DNA of 64,000 bases from Patescibacteria group bacterium (GTDB lineage: Bacteria > Patescibacteriota > Minisyncoccia > Moranbacterales > JAKLHP01). The notes below the pieces were generated by a model that was not told the DNA's origin, searched no databases, and worked only from the letters and a program-made list of their open reading frames with translations. Location of the stretch: assembly GCA_043803385.1 (NCBI GenBank), contig JAZDKA010000009.1, positions 3,092 through 67,091 on the forward strand, read 5' to 3'. How positions within the stretch are numbered: position 1 is the first letter of the stretch; every line of letters begins with the position of its first letter. Shown here piece by piece: positions 1 through 10,033 of the stretch. The position numbers and the translations under genes are program-made.

Positions 1-2
1 CA

Positions 3-722
3 AGATCAAACGCGGCTACTTATACGGGAATTTTTTCCCATATCAGAGATATTTTTTCCAGCCTCGAAGAATCAAAAAACAGGGGATACAGCGCCAGCCG
101 ATTCAGCTTTAATATGAAAGGCGGAAGATGCGAAGTATGTCAGGGAGACGGAAAGAAGAAAATTGAAATGTATCTGATGCCGGATATGTATGTGAAGTGC
201 GAAGGATGCGAGGGAACAAGGTATAACAAAAAAACTTTAGAAGTTGAGTTTAAAGGATTTAATATTGCCCAAATTTTAAATATGGATGTGAGTTTTGCTC
301 TTAGATTTTTTGCCAGCTACCCTTTGATCATTGAGAAACTTCGCACAATGGAAGAAGTGGGATTGGGATACTTAAAACTGGGGCAAAGCGCGACTGATTT
401 ATCCGGAGGAGAAGCGCAAAGAATAAAACTGGCGACTGAACTTGCCAGAAAATCAACCGGAAAAACATTGTATATTTTAGACGAACCGACAATCGGACTT
501 CATTTTGAAGATATTAAACGATTGCTAAAAGTGCTGGATACTCTCGTTGAAAAAGGAAATTCAGTTGTGGTTGTCGAGCACAATATAGATGTAATAAAAA
601 ATTCCGACTGGGTAGTCGAACTTGGGCCGGACGGAGGAGAAAAAGGAGGAGAAATCATTTACGAAGGAGCTCCTGACAAGATGAAAAAATGCAAAAAGAG
701 CTGGACGGCGAAGTATTTGTAA
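3..722 (+). CDS. uvrA: Excinuclease ABC subunit A, C-terminal part (5' truncated by window)
   Basis: Frame open from base 3 (RSNAATYTG...SRFSFN..GGRCE); zinc finger CEVC/CEGC, ABC signature LSGGEAQRIKLA, Walker B YILDEPT. Confidence 0.97.
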   Translation, partial: RSNAATYTGIFSHIRDIFSSLEESKNRGYSASRFSFNMKGGRCEVCQGDGKKKIEMYLMPDMYVKCEGCEGTRYNKKTLEVEFKGFNIAQILNMDVSFALRFFASYPLIIEKLRTMEEVGLGYLKLGQSATDLSGGEAQRIKLATELARKSTGKTLYILDEPTIGLHFEDIKRLLKVLDTLVEKGNSVVVVEHNIDVIKNSDWVVELGPDGGEKGGEIIYEGAPDKMKKCKKSWTAKYL

Positions 723-771
723 AAGTTGAAAGTTCATAAAGTTTTTAAAGTTCGTAAAGGTTGTGTTTTTA

Positions 772-1242
772 TTAGAAAAATACAAGTATTGAAATAGAAG
801 CTAAAAATATTATTATTTCATAAGTTTCGTTTTTTAGATTCCATTGGCGTTCTGGGGAAAATCGGGGAAGATGATGGCACCAGGAATGAAATTTGTATAA
901 TTTTTCAAAAAACTTCCAGCGGAATTTCCAATAGATGAAGGTAAATAGGTCAGGAAGCATTGAGAAAAACATTCCAATAAAGATATTTCTGACAGTTATC
1001 GCATCGAATTTATTAAAGTGGATTATAAGTAAAATTATTGCCAAGCCGATCGAAAAATCCAAAACAACTTTCCACCAAGTATTTTTAAAAGCTACTTTGC
1101 TGTCAAAAGTCTCAACATATTCCCCATGCCTTATCAAATCCAGTAAATAATGAAAGACAAGCGATAACATTGCGATAATCCAAGGATTTTCAATATTTTT
1201 TCCGATAACTGCTCCGACGAGAGCGTGAGTGGTAAGAATCAT
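772..1242 (-). CDS. Membrane protein, putative metal-binding hydrolase-like
   Basis: MILTTHALVGAVIG, HYLLDLIRH, LPD and H-x3-HH motifs; hydrophobic; ATG at 1242 preferred. Confidence 0.65.
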   Translation of the reverse strand: MILTTHALVGAVIGKNIENPWIIAMLSLVFHYLLDLIRHGEYVETFDSKVAFKNTWWKVVLDFSIGLAIILLIIHFNKFDAITVRNIFIGMFFSMLPDLFTFIYWKFRWKFFEKLYKFHSWCHHLPRFSPERQWNLKNETYEIIIFLASISILVFF

Positions 1243-1328
1243 AATTAAAATATTATCCAATTAATGAATTAGCGAATTAACGGATTGTTTTAAACTCGTT
1301 AATGCATTAACCCTTTAATTCATAATTT

Positions 1329-2003
1329 ATGAATAATTTCGGTATTTTATACATCGTCGCTACTCCCATAGGAAATCTTGAGGATATTACTCTCCGTGCT
1401 TTAAAAACCCTTAAAAGTGTTGATTTTATTGCCTGCGAAGACACAAGAGTGGCGAATAAGCTTCTTAATCATTATAGCATACGAAAGACACTGATATCAT
1501 ACCATCAGCATAGCGAGCTTAAAAAAATCGATTTGATTGTGAATAAGCTAAAAGAAGGAAAAAATATTGCGCTTATCACTGATGCCGGAACGCCGGGAAT
1601 TTCAGATCCGGGAAATATTCTGATTGCCGAAGCAATAAAAAATAACATTGAAATCCATCCAATTCCCGGCCCGTCTGCCTTGGCGGCAATGATTAGCGTG
1701 GCTGGAATCGATCTTCAGAAATTTTTGTTTTTTGGATTCCCTCCGCACAAGAAAGGGCGAGAAACATTTTTTAAAGAAACCATTAATTCCGAATACCCGG
1801 TTGTCTATTATGAATCTCCGCATCGTTTTATGAAAAATTTGGAACTTTTGAAACTTCTGGGAACCGATAAGCGTATTATTATAGGCAGGGAACTCACCAA
1901 AATTTTTGAGCAGGAAGTAAGAGGCGATGTCAATGAAGTCTTGCTCTATTTCAAGGAAAATGAAGATAAAATCAAAGGCGAATTTGTGGTAATTGTTTAT
2001 TAA
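1329..2003 (+). CDS. rsmI: 16S rRNA (cytidine1402-2'-O)-methyltransferase
   Basis: LYIVATPIGNLEDIT, CEDTR, DAGTPGISDPG, YESPHR, RELTK motifs. Confidence 0.97.
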   Translation: MNNFGILYIVATPIGNLEDITLRALKTLKSVDFIACEDTRVANKLLNHYSIRKTLISYHQHSELKKIDLIVNKLKEGKNIALITDAGTPGISDPGNILIAEAIKNNIEIHPIPGPSALAAMISVAGIDLQKFLFFGFPPHKKGRETFFKETINSEYPVVYYESPHRFMKNLELLKLLGTDKRIIIGRELTKIFEQEVRGDVNEVLLYFKENEDKIKGEFVVIVY

Positions 2004-2029
2004 CTAAAAGATTGATAGAATATAAATAT

Positions 2030-3193
2030 ATGAAAATAGGAATTGATGCGAGAACAATTTTAAATCCTGAAAAAGGGGAAGATATCGGATCAGGGCACTA
2101 TACTTATCAGCTGATAAAGAATCTTTTGGAATTGGACACAGAGAATGAATACGTGCTGTTTTTTGATTTTCACGTTAGGGAAAAGGACATCAAAAAATTT
2201 ACCAAGCCCAATGTTAAGATAAAATTCTATCCGTTTTCAGACTACAAGAAATATCTTCCGGGAGCTTATAGTGAAATTCTCGGAACGGCTACTCTTTCCA
2301 GGGAAAAGCTAGACATTCTTCACTCGACTTCTCCGCACAGCCGCATCCCTCTGGGATACAGAGGAAAGTGCATAGTTACTTTCAATGATCTTGCTATGTA
2401 TAAAGTTCCTCATTGCTATCCAAAAATAAAAGTTGCCAAGGACAAAGCAGTATATAAGCTGATGGCGGGAAAAGCTGAAAAAATCATTGCCGTTTCGAAT
2501 TCAATAAAAAATGACATAGTCGATATTTTTAAAGTTCCTTCGGAGAAAATTTCAGTTGTGTATAGTGGATTGGATAAAAGATTTTTTTCCGAGCCCAATG
2601 GAAATATCCAAAAAATTCTGGAAAAATTCGGAATAACGAAAAAATATATCCTTTTTCTCGGGACTCTGTGTCCGTCAAAAAACATTACCGGGCTTTTGGA
2701 ATCTTTCGTTCTATTTAAGGAAAAAATCAAGAAAGAAAGCATGTCCTTTAACTACCAGCTGGTTTTGGGAGGGAAAAGAGGATGGCTATCAAAGGAATAT
2801 GCCCAGCAAGTCAAAGATTTTGGCCTTTCTAAAGACGTTATTTTTACCGGGTATGTCGTAGGCGACGAAGTGGTTGCGCTTTTCAAGAATGCCCAATTTT
2901 TTGTGATGCCGTCGCTGTATGAAGGCTTTGGAACCACCGTACTTGAAGCTTTTGCTACCGGAACTCCGGCTATTGTTTCCAAAGTTTCTTCCATTCCGGA
3001 AATTACGGGGGATTCCGCCTATTTCGTCGATCCGATGAATAAACAGGAAATTTCTGAAGCGATGTATAAATTTTCCCAAGATGAAAATCTCCGGAATGGA
3101 TATAAAATGAAAGGATTAGAACAGGCGAAAAAATTCGATTGGCAAAAAACCGCCAAAGAAACGCTGGAGATTTATAAAAGCATAATTCACTAA
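2030..3193 (+). CDS. Glycosyltransferase family 4
   Basis: MKIGIDAR start; PSLYEGFG..VLEA (EX7E) motif. Confidence 0.92.
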   Translation: MKIGIDARTILNPEKGEDIGSGHYTYQLIKNLLELDTENEYVLFFDFHVREKDIKKFTKPNVKIKFYPFSDYKKYLPGAYSEILGTATLSREKLDILHSTSPHSRIPLGYRGKCIVTFNDLAMYKVPHCYPKIKVAKDKAVYKLMAGKAEKIIAVSNSIKNDIVDIFKVPSEKISVVYSGLDKRFFSEPNGNIQKILEKFGITKKYILFLGTLCPSKNITGLLESFVLFKEKIKKESMSFNYQLVLGGKRGWLSKEYAQQVKDFGLSKDVIFTGYVVGDEVVALFKNAQFFVMPSLYEGFGTTVLEAFATGTPAIVSKVSSIPEITGDSAYFVDPMNKQEISEAMYKFSQDENLRNGYKMKGLEQAKKFDWQKTAKETLEIYKSIIH

Positions 3194-3258
3194 TCCTGCG
3201 AATTATTATTTGCGAGCATTCGCGAAGTAATTAGTGTTGATTAGTGATTTTTATTATC

Positions 3259-6200
3259 ATGTTTAAAAAAATCGATCCAAAAATGAAATTTCCCGAGGTG
3301 GAAAAAGAGATACTGAAGTTTTGGGAAGAAAACAAGATATTTGAAAAGTCAGTTGAAAAAAATCCTGAGGACAACTCTTTTATATTTTACGAAGGTCCGC
3401 CAACGGCTAATGGTGTGCCGGGGCTTCACCATGTCTTAGCCCGGGCTTTTAAAGATATTATTCCAAGATACAAGACCATGAAAGGCTATCGAGTGGAAAG
3501 AAAAGCCGGTTGGGATACTCACGGGCTTCCGGTTGAAATCCAAGTCGAGAAAGAATTAGGAATCCATCAAAAATCCGAAATTGAAAATATTGTTCCGGGA
3601 AATCCAAGAGAAAGCATCATTGAGTTTAACAAGAAATGTAAAGAATCAGTTTGGAAATTTAAGGATTTATGGGAACAAATGACTAGAAGGATGGGATATT
3701 GGGTGGATATGGAACATCCTTATATTACTTATGAAAATAAATACATTGAATCGGTCTGGTGGGTGATAGCACAAATTGCCAAGCTAAAAACAGAAAAAGG
3801 CGAACCGGTTTTATATCAAGGGCATAAAGTTATTCCCTATTGTTACCGATGCGGAACAGCGCTTTCTTCGCATGAAGTCGCGCAAGGATACCAGAAAGTG
3901 AAAGACAATTCAGTTTTTGTAAAATTTCATTTAAAACTTGGACAAAAGTGGGCGGGGGAAAAATACGAGACAAAAGAATCAGTCTATGCGCTTGTCTGGA
4001 CAACTACGCCGTGGACATTGCCTGGCAATGTTGCATTAGCAGTTAATGAAAACATTTCTTATACCGCATTAAGAATAAATGGCATAAAAGAGCTGATAAT
4101 CTTAGCTAGTGATCAAGTTAAGAATATTCTAAGCGATAAAGATATTGAAATTATTCATAATGATATCAAGGGGAAAGATTTATTGGGTCTTGAATATGAA
4201 CCGCTTTATAAAACTAATAATACTGATAAAAAAGCTTATTATGTAATTTCCGGAGATTTTATCACCACTCAAGAAGGAACGAGCATTGTCCATATTGCTC
4301 CGGCTTTTGGGGAGGATGATTCTAATGTTGGTAGGGAAAACGATTTGCCAACACTTTCTACTGTTGATATTGAGGGAAAAATAATTAAAGGAATGAATAT
4401 TCCTGGAGAAGGTATTCCCGTAAAGAAAAAAAATGACAAAAATAAATATGAAGTTGATAATTTAATCATTGAAGATTTAAAGAATAGAAAATTATTATTC
4501 AAAGAAGAACTTTATGAGCATGATTATCCTTTCTGCTGGAGATGTGATACCCCTCTCATTTATTATGCCAAACCGTCGTGGTTTGTCCGAATGAGCGCAT
4601 TCAGAGAAATACTCGAAAAAAATAATCAAAATATAAATTGGATTCCGGAATATATCAAAGAAGGAAGATTTGGCGAGTGGCTTCGCGATGCCAAAGACTG
4701 GGCGATTTCAAGAGACCGATATTGGGGAACCCCGCTTCCGATTTGGAAATGTAAAGAATGCGGGAAAATAAAAGTTGTTGAATCAGTCGATGAAATAAAA
4801 GAACAGCTGGGAAATCCGAATAAATTATTTTTAATCCGCCACGGAGAAGCGGAGAATAATATTGAGGAAATTATTAGTTGTTTCCCCGAAAAAATCGATT
4901 ATCATCTTACTCCGAAAGGAAAAGAACAAATTAAAACAGTAGCTGAGCAATTTAGAAGTGTAAAGATTTCTGCTATATATTCCTCTCCACTTAAGCGCGC
5001 ACAAGAAACAGCCGAGATTATTTCCCAGATTACTGGAGCTGAAGTTATTATTGATGATCGTATCAGGGAGATGGATCTTAACGGGTTAAATGGAATAAAA
5101 ACAGATGATTTCAGAAAAATATATCTAAATGAAATACTTAATTTGAATACCGATGAACATGGAGTAGAAGGTTATAATCAGGCAGCAGAAAGATTAAAAT
5201 CATTTGTTAGCAATATAAACGAAAAATATCAAAGTGAGAATATAATAATTATATCACATGGAAATCCGCTGAAAGTTTTAGAAGGAATATGCAATGGCAA
5301 GAAAATAGAAGAATTAAAAAATGATACATATCTTGGAAAAGGAGAAATTAGAACCGTATATTCCAAATTATTTGATTTGCATAAACCATATATTGATGAA
5401 ATAACTTTCAAATGCGAATGCGGAGGAGAAATGAAAAGAGAATCGGAAGTGATGGATGTTTGGTTTGATTCCGGCTCAATGCCGACCGCCCAATTCCATT
5501 ATCCATTTGGCGCATCAAAAGAAGACAAGGAAAAAATCGAAAGTGGTAAATTCTATCCGGCGGATTTTATTTCCGAAGCGATTGATCAGACTAGAGGATG
5601 GTTTTACACTCTGCATGCAATTTCTACCCTCTTAAATGCGAACAAAAAAGTTCCGACCGGGCTTGCCTTTAAAAATGTAATTTGTTTGGGTCATGTTCTT
5701 GACGCACAAGGAAAGAAAATGAGCAAATCCAAAGGGAATATTATTGATCCGATGGAAGTGATGGATAAATACGGAGCCGATATACTCCGCTGGATGTTAT
5801 ACACGATAAATCAGCCCGGACTTCCTAAAAGATTTGATATCAAGAAAATGAACGAAATCATGAATCGGGTTTTCCGAATGCTTTGGAATTCGTATTCGTT
5901 TTTTGTGATGTATGCGAATATAGATAAATTCAAGCCAGTGAACAGTGAACAGGGAACAGGGAACAGTAAAAATTTATTAGACAAGTGGATTTTGTCAGAG
6001 CTTCAGGTTTTAATAAAAAATGTTGACGAAAAATTAAATAAATATGATATTTATAATGCTGGAAATTTAATCGAAAAATTCATTGATAATCTTTCCAACT
6101 GGTATATCCGCCGAAGCAGAAAGAGATTCTGGAAAAGCGAGAATGACGCAGATAAAAATGAAGCCTATCAAACTTTGCATTATGTCCTAGTTGAACTTTC

Positions 6201-6957
6201 AAAATTAATGGCGCCGTTTACGCCGTTTATCTCCGAAGAGATTTATCGAAATCTAGTTGCCCCTCACCCCAACCCTCTCCCAGAGGGAGAGGGGGGTGTT
6301 GTGTCTGTACATCTAGCTGATTTTCCCAAAGCGGATGAAAGCTTGATTGATGAGAAATTGAATGGGGAAATGAAATTGGTTCGCAACATAGTAACTCAAA
6401 ATCTAGAAGTGCGTGCAGCATCAAGAATAAAAGTTCGTCAGCCGCTAAATACGTTATTGATTTCTGGATATGAATTTAATAAAAATTTATTGGAAATTAT
6501 TTCTAATGAAGTAAATGTAAAAAAATGTGTTGTATCAGATGAGTCTGGCATTGAAGACGCAGAGAAAAAGGGATATATAAAGAGAGTTTTCTTTGATGAA
6601 TCTATCCAACAAGGAAAAAGATATTCTATTCAGGAGCCAATTAAACCAAGTCAGGCAGGCGTTAGGTTAAGCACTGCTTTAGACACCGAAATTACCGAAG
6701 ACCTGAAGCTTGAAGGGCAAGCTCGGGAAATTATTCGCCATATCCAGGAAATGCGGAAAGAAGCAGGCTTTGAAGTTGACAACCGGATAAAAATAGGATA
6801 TATTGGAATGTCTAAGGTTTTTGATAAATTTAGTTCCTTGATAACCAAAGAAACTTTGGCTGAAAATATGGATCTTGAAATTATAGAAGAATGTGATCTT
6901 AAGAAAGAATTTAAGATCGATGGAGAAAAATTAGAACTAAGTATCAAAAAAATATAA
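3259..6957 (+). CDS. ileS: Isoleucine--tRNA ligase (type 2) with inserted histidine-phosphatase domain
   Basis: FYEGPPTANG.PGLHH, GWDTHGLPVE, WTTTPWTL, DWAISRDRYWG, KMSKS; internal RHGE domain. Confidence 0.96.
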   Translation: MFKKIDPKMKFPEVEKEILKFWEENKIFEKSVEKNPEDNSFIFYEGPPTANGVPGLHHVLARAFKDIIPRYKTMKGYRVERKAGWDTHGLPVEIQVEKELGIHQKSEIENIVPGNPRESIIEFNKKCKESVWKFKDLWEQMTRRMGYWVDMEHPYITYENKYIESVWWVIAQIAKLKTEKGEPVLYQGHKVIPYCYRCGTALSSHEVAQGYQKVKDNSVFVKFHLKLGQKWAGEKYETKESVYALVWTTTPWTLPGNVALAVNENISYTALRINGIKELIILASDQVKNILSDKDIEIIHNDIKGKDLLGLEYEPLYKTNNTDKKAYYVISGDFITTQEGTSIVHIAPAFGEDDSNVGRENDLPTLSTVDIEGKIIKGMNIPGEGIPVKKKNDKNKYEVDNLIIEDLKNRKLLFKEELYEHDYPFCWRCDTPLIYYAKPSWFVRMSAFREILEKNNQNINWIPEYIKEGRFGEWLRDAKDWAISRDRYWGTPLPIWKCKECGKIKVVESVDEIKEQLGNPNKLFLIRHGEAENNIEEIISCFPEKIDYHLTPKGKEQIKTVAEQFRSVKISAIYSSPLKRAQETAEIISQITGAEVIIDDRIREMDLNGLNGIKTDDFRKIYLNEILNLNTDEHGVEGYNQAAERLKSFVSNINEKYQSENIIIISHGNPLKVLEGICNGKKIEELKNDTYLGKGEIRTVYSKLFDLHKPYIDEITFKCECGGEMKRESEVMDVWFDSGSMPTAQFHYPFGASKEDKEKIESGKFYPADFISEAIDQTRGWFYTLHAISTLLNANKKVPTGLAFKNVICLGHVLDAQGKKMSKSKGNIIDPMEVMDKYGADILRWMLYTINQPGLPKRFDIKKMNEIMNRVFRMLWNSYSFFVMYANIDKFKPVNSEQGTGNSKNLLDKWILSELQVLIKNVDEKLNKYDIYNAGNLIEKFIDNLSNWYIRRSRKRFWKSENDADKNEAYQTLHYVLVELSKLMAPFTPFISEEIYRNLVAPHPNPLPEGEGGVVSVHLADFPKADESLIDEKLNGEMKLVRNIVTQNLEVRAASRIKVRQPLNTLLISGYEFNKNLLEIISNEVNVKKCVVSDESGIEDAEKKGYIKRVFFDESIQQGKRYSIQEPIKPSQAGVRLSTALDTEITEDLKLEGQAREIIRHIQEMRKEAGFEVDNRIKIGYIGMSKVFDKFSSLITKETLAENMDLEIIEECDLKKEFKIDGEKLELSIKKI
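6260..6296. repeat. REP-like palindrome in frame within ileS
   Basis: CCCCTCACCCCAA then CCCTCTCCC-AGA-GGGAGAGGG hairpin; encodes PHPNPLPEGEG. Confidence 0.8.
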
Positions 6958-6968
6958 AGGGGGTATTT

Positions 6969-7139
6969 ATGACAGTATATATCTGGGGATCATTGTTTGC
7001 GGGAGTACTTTTCATATCGTTGCTCTTTAAAACCTTTGGATTGAAGTGCCCAAAATGCAAGAGCAGCAATGTGAAATACATTGCAGGCAGAAATGTTATT
7101 CACTGCAACAAATGCAGAAAAGCATATTATGCAAATTAA
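6969..7139 (+). CDS. Small membrane-anchored zinc-ribbon protein (56 aa, absent from ORF track)
   Basis: MTVYIWGSLFAGVLFISLLFKTFGLKCPKCKSSNVKYIAGRNVIHCNKCRKAYYAN; G-rich SD upstream; two CxxC. Confidence 0.7.
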   Translation: MTVYIWGSLFAGVLFISLLFKTFGLKCPKCKSSNVKYIAGRNVIHCNKCRKAYYAN

Positions 7140-7149
7140 GGAGGTTAAG

Positions 7150-7311
7150 ATGAACTTTTGGTCAAGTCAGTTGTTTAATCTACTGGTAGGTATAATCGTA
7201 TTTGCTATAGGAATTTTTGGCATTTGCAAGCCGCATGAGTGTCCCAAATGCGGAAAACATATACTTTTCCATAATCCGTGGAAGAGACACGAATGTGCGC
7301 CGGGAGGATAA
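7150..7311 (+). CDS. Small membrane-anchored zinc-ribbon protein (53 aa)
   Basis: AAGGAGG SD before ATG 7150; hydrophobic N-terminus, CPKCG and HEC motifs. Confidence 0.7.
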   Translation: MNFWSSQLFNLLVGIIVFAIGIFGICKPHECPKCGKHILFHNPWKRHECAPGG

Positions 7312-7319
7312 GAGTTTTC

Positions 7320-7355
7320 ATGCCCAACCTTAGAAGTTTCAAGGTTGGGCGTTTT
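7320..7355 (+). terminator. Probable intrinsic terminator
   Basis: GCCCAACCTT...AAGGTTGGGC hairpin followed by short T run. Confidence 0.6.
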
Positions 7356-7371
7356 AATTTATAATGAATAT

Positions 7372-8088
7372 ATGGACTACAAATATACAGGCATAATTTT
7401 GAATAAGAAAGACGTTGGCGAAACCGACCGGATTTATACTATTTATACTTTAGAATCCGGAAAAATCATGGTTTTGGCCAAAAGCGTCCGCAAAGCCAAT
7501 GCAAAACTAGCCGGATTTCTGGAAAACTTTACTTTGGCGGAAATCTTTATTGCCAAGAGCCAGGGAATGGGAAAGATTACCGGTTCTCTGGTAATCAACA
7601 ATTTTCCCAAAATGCGGGAAAATCTTGAAGCGGTCGGAAGTGTTTTTAAATCTACGGAACTTTTGAATAAACTGATCAAGGACGAAAACGATGACCCAAA
7701 AATATTCGAGCTTCTCAAGGAATACCTCGAAACAATGAATAATCTGGATAGCCAGGAAGATAATTTCAAATTGGAAATAATTTCTTTGGGTTTTATTTTC
7801 AAGCTTCTTGAAGAATTGGGATATAAAATAGAAGCGAATAATTGCTTGGAATGCGGGGAGAAAATAAAAGAAGGGAACAACTTTTTCGATCCGGAGCAGG
7901 GCGGGATATTGTGCGGAAAATGTTATCCGAACATCAGAAAAGGCATTAAAATAAACTCCAATTCAATAAAAATATTAAGGATTTTTTTCCAAAACAGCCT
8001 AAAGTCTCTTCTTAAACTCAAAGCTGACAAAAAAGATATCGATAACTTGAAAATCGTAAAACAAGAATTCTTGCGTTGGGTAGAGTAG
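7372..8088 (+). CDS. recO: DNA repair protein RecO
   Basis: GETDRIYTIYT..GKI.V.AKSVRK N-terminus; C-terminal CxxCG...GGILCxxC zinc finger. Confidence 0.93.
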   Translation: MDYKYTGIILNKKDVGETDRIYTIYTLESGKIMVLAKSVRKANAKLAGFLENFTLAEIFIAKSQGMGKITGSLVINNFPKMRENLEAVGSVFKSTELLNKLIKDENDDPKIFELLKEYLETMNNLDSQEDNFKLEIISLGFIFKLLEELGYKIEANNCLECGEKIKEGNNFFDPEQGGILCGKCYPNIRKGIKINSNSIKILRIFFQNSLKSLLKLKADKKDIDNLKIVKQEFLRWVE

Positions 8089-8124
8089 TTTGTTTTAAAT
8101 GGCTGTTTTTGGTAAAATAGACTT

Positions 8125-10029
8125 ATGTCTCTCGACGATCTTGAAAAAAAATTATACGATCCCGATTCCGGAATAGAAAAAAGAACCCATGAGGAAAGCC
8201 AGTTTAATCCTCTTAGTTCTTCGAATAGCGGCCTGGATTCTCTCAAAGAAGAAAAACAATGGTCAGAGCAGGAGAATGTTCCCGGGATTGATAAGAAAAA
8301 ATTTATTAAAATCGGAGCAATAGCGCTTGGCTCTATTATTCTCGTGGCGGCTTTTATTGTTGGATTTGTGAAATATAGACAGTCGGCTTTCAAACAAGAA
8401 AGAGTTTCAATAAAAATAGAAGGTCTCGCTCAAGTGAATGGTTTTGAAAAAACAGCTTATAAAATAATTTTTAAGAATGATAATCGGGCAAGCCTCGATA
8501 ATGCAAAGATCCTTTTGAATTATTCAGAAAATTTCAGGCCTGATGAAAGCCAGAACTTGAAAATTGACAATCCCTCCAATAGCAGAATAATCCTCGGAAC
8601 CATAAAAGGAAATTCAGAAGGAGAAATAGATATTGCTGGCTCGTTTCTCGCCGCTAAAGACTCGACTGTTTACATAAATTCGACTTTGGAATACACACCC
8701 AGCAGTTTTAGCATCGCTTTCCAATCCAAAAGCCAATTTGGGGTAAATATTGAATCATCGCCTTTGTTTTTGGAAGTGGAAGCTCCTTTAGAAGCCGTTG
8801 ATGGGAATAAAATTGATTATGTGGTTAATTACAGAAATACGAGCGGAGAATATTTTGACGGCGTTAGGCTCAAAGTTGAATACCCGGAAGGATTTTCTTT
8901 CATTTCTTCGAACCCGTCTCCTTCGGAGGGAAACATAATTTGGTATTTGGGAAGCATCGCTCCCAATCAAGACGGAAAAATTGTTATAACCGGGATGATA
9001 AATGGCTCGGAGCAGGAAGAGAAAGTAATCAAGGCATATTTAGGATACGCCAGTGGAAATGGATATTTTGTCGTTTACAACCAAAAGGAAAAGCTTACTA
9101 AAATTTCATCTTCTCCTCTTTTTATTCTTCAGCAGATTGACGAGAAAGCTGATTCCAATGTGGATGCCGGAGAACTTTTAAGATATTCTATTGAGTACAA
9201 AAATAATGGAAGTATTGCTATGCAGGACGTGGTCATAACGGAAGAAATTGACAGCCGAGTTTTGGATTTTTCAAAATTAGAATCAGGAAAAGGCTCTTAT
9301 GATGCTTCAAAAAAAATAATTATCTGGAAAGCTTCTGATATTCCTGCTCTTTCGAGTTTGGCTCCCGGACAAGGAGGAAAAATATCTTTTTCTGTCCCGA
9401 TTTTGGGCCGTATCCCGGTAGGGAATATTAACGACAGCAATTTTACCGTTATTAGTACGGCAAAAATCGACAGCCCATCAATCGCCAATCCGATAGGATC
9501 AAATAAAACAATAGCCAGCAGCACGCTGAACCTGAAATTGAATTCCAGAGCTGTTCTCGAGGTGAAAGGATATTACAATGACAGCGGAATTCCTAATTCC
9601 GGACCAATTCCTCCCAAAGTGGGACAGGAAACATCGTATACCATCCATTGGAAAATTATTAATGTTTCCAATAATTTGAGCGATGTCAAGGTAGTATCGT
9701 CGCTTCCTTCCGGAGTGAAATGGAACGGAAAATTTTTGCCTAACGATGAATCGCTAAGTTTTAACGAAAGGACAAATCAAGTCGAATGGGCGATTGGAAA
9801 TATGAAAAACGGCGTGGGAATTTTAGAGCCCGCAAAGGAAGTAAGTTTCCAAATAAGTGTTGTCCCGCAGGTTAATCAAGTGGGAGAAGAATTGGTGCTT
9901 GTCAATCCTTCGATTCTCACCGCCAAAGATGTTTTTACCGGTGTTGATATAAAATCTGAAGTCGGGCAAAAAGATAATAATATTTCAGAAGATACTGGCG
10001 CAAATGGAAAATATAGGGTAGAAAATTAG
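8125..10029 (+). CDS. Membrane-anchored multi-Ig/DUF11-like protein
   Basis: Single TM near N-terminus; repeated G-x-x-I-x-Y-x-I-x-Y-x-N beta-sandwich units; SGPIPPKVGQET motif. Confidence 0.75.
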   Translation: MSLDDLEKKLYDPDSGIEKRTHEESQFNPLSSSNSGLDSLKEEKQWSEQENVPGIDKKKFIKIGAIALGSIILVAAFIVGFVKYRQSAFKQERVSIKIEGLAQVNGFEKTAYKIIFKNDNRASLDNAKILLNYSENFRPDESQNLKIDNPSNSRIILGTIKGNSEGEIDIAGSFLAAKDSTVYINSTLEYTPSSFSIAFQSKSQFGVNIESSPLFLEVEAPLEAVDGNKIDYVVNYRNTSGEYFDGVRLKVEYPEGFSFISSNPSPSEGNIIWYLGSIAPNQDGKIVITGMINGSEQEEKVIKAYLGYASGNGYFVVYNQKEKLTKISSSPLFILQQIDEKADSNVDAGELLRYSIEYKNNGSIAMQDVVITEEIDSRVLDFSKLESGKGSYDASKKIIIWKASDIPALSSLAPGQGGKISFSVPILGRIPVGNINDSNFTVISTAKIDSPSIANPIGSNKTIASSTLNLKLNSRAVLEVKGYYNDSGIPNSGPIPPKVGQETSYTIHWKIINVSNNLSDVKVVSSLPSGVKWNGKFLPNDESLSFNERTNQVEWAIGNMKNGVGILEPAKEVSFQISVVPQVNQVGEELVLVNPSILTAKDVFTGVDIKSEVGQKDNNISEDTGANGKYRVEN

Positions 10030-10033
10030 AATT

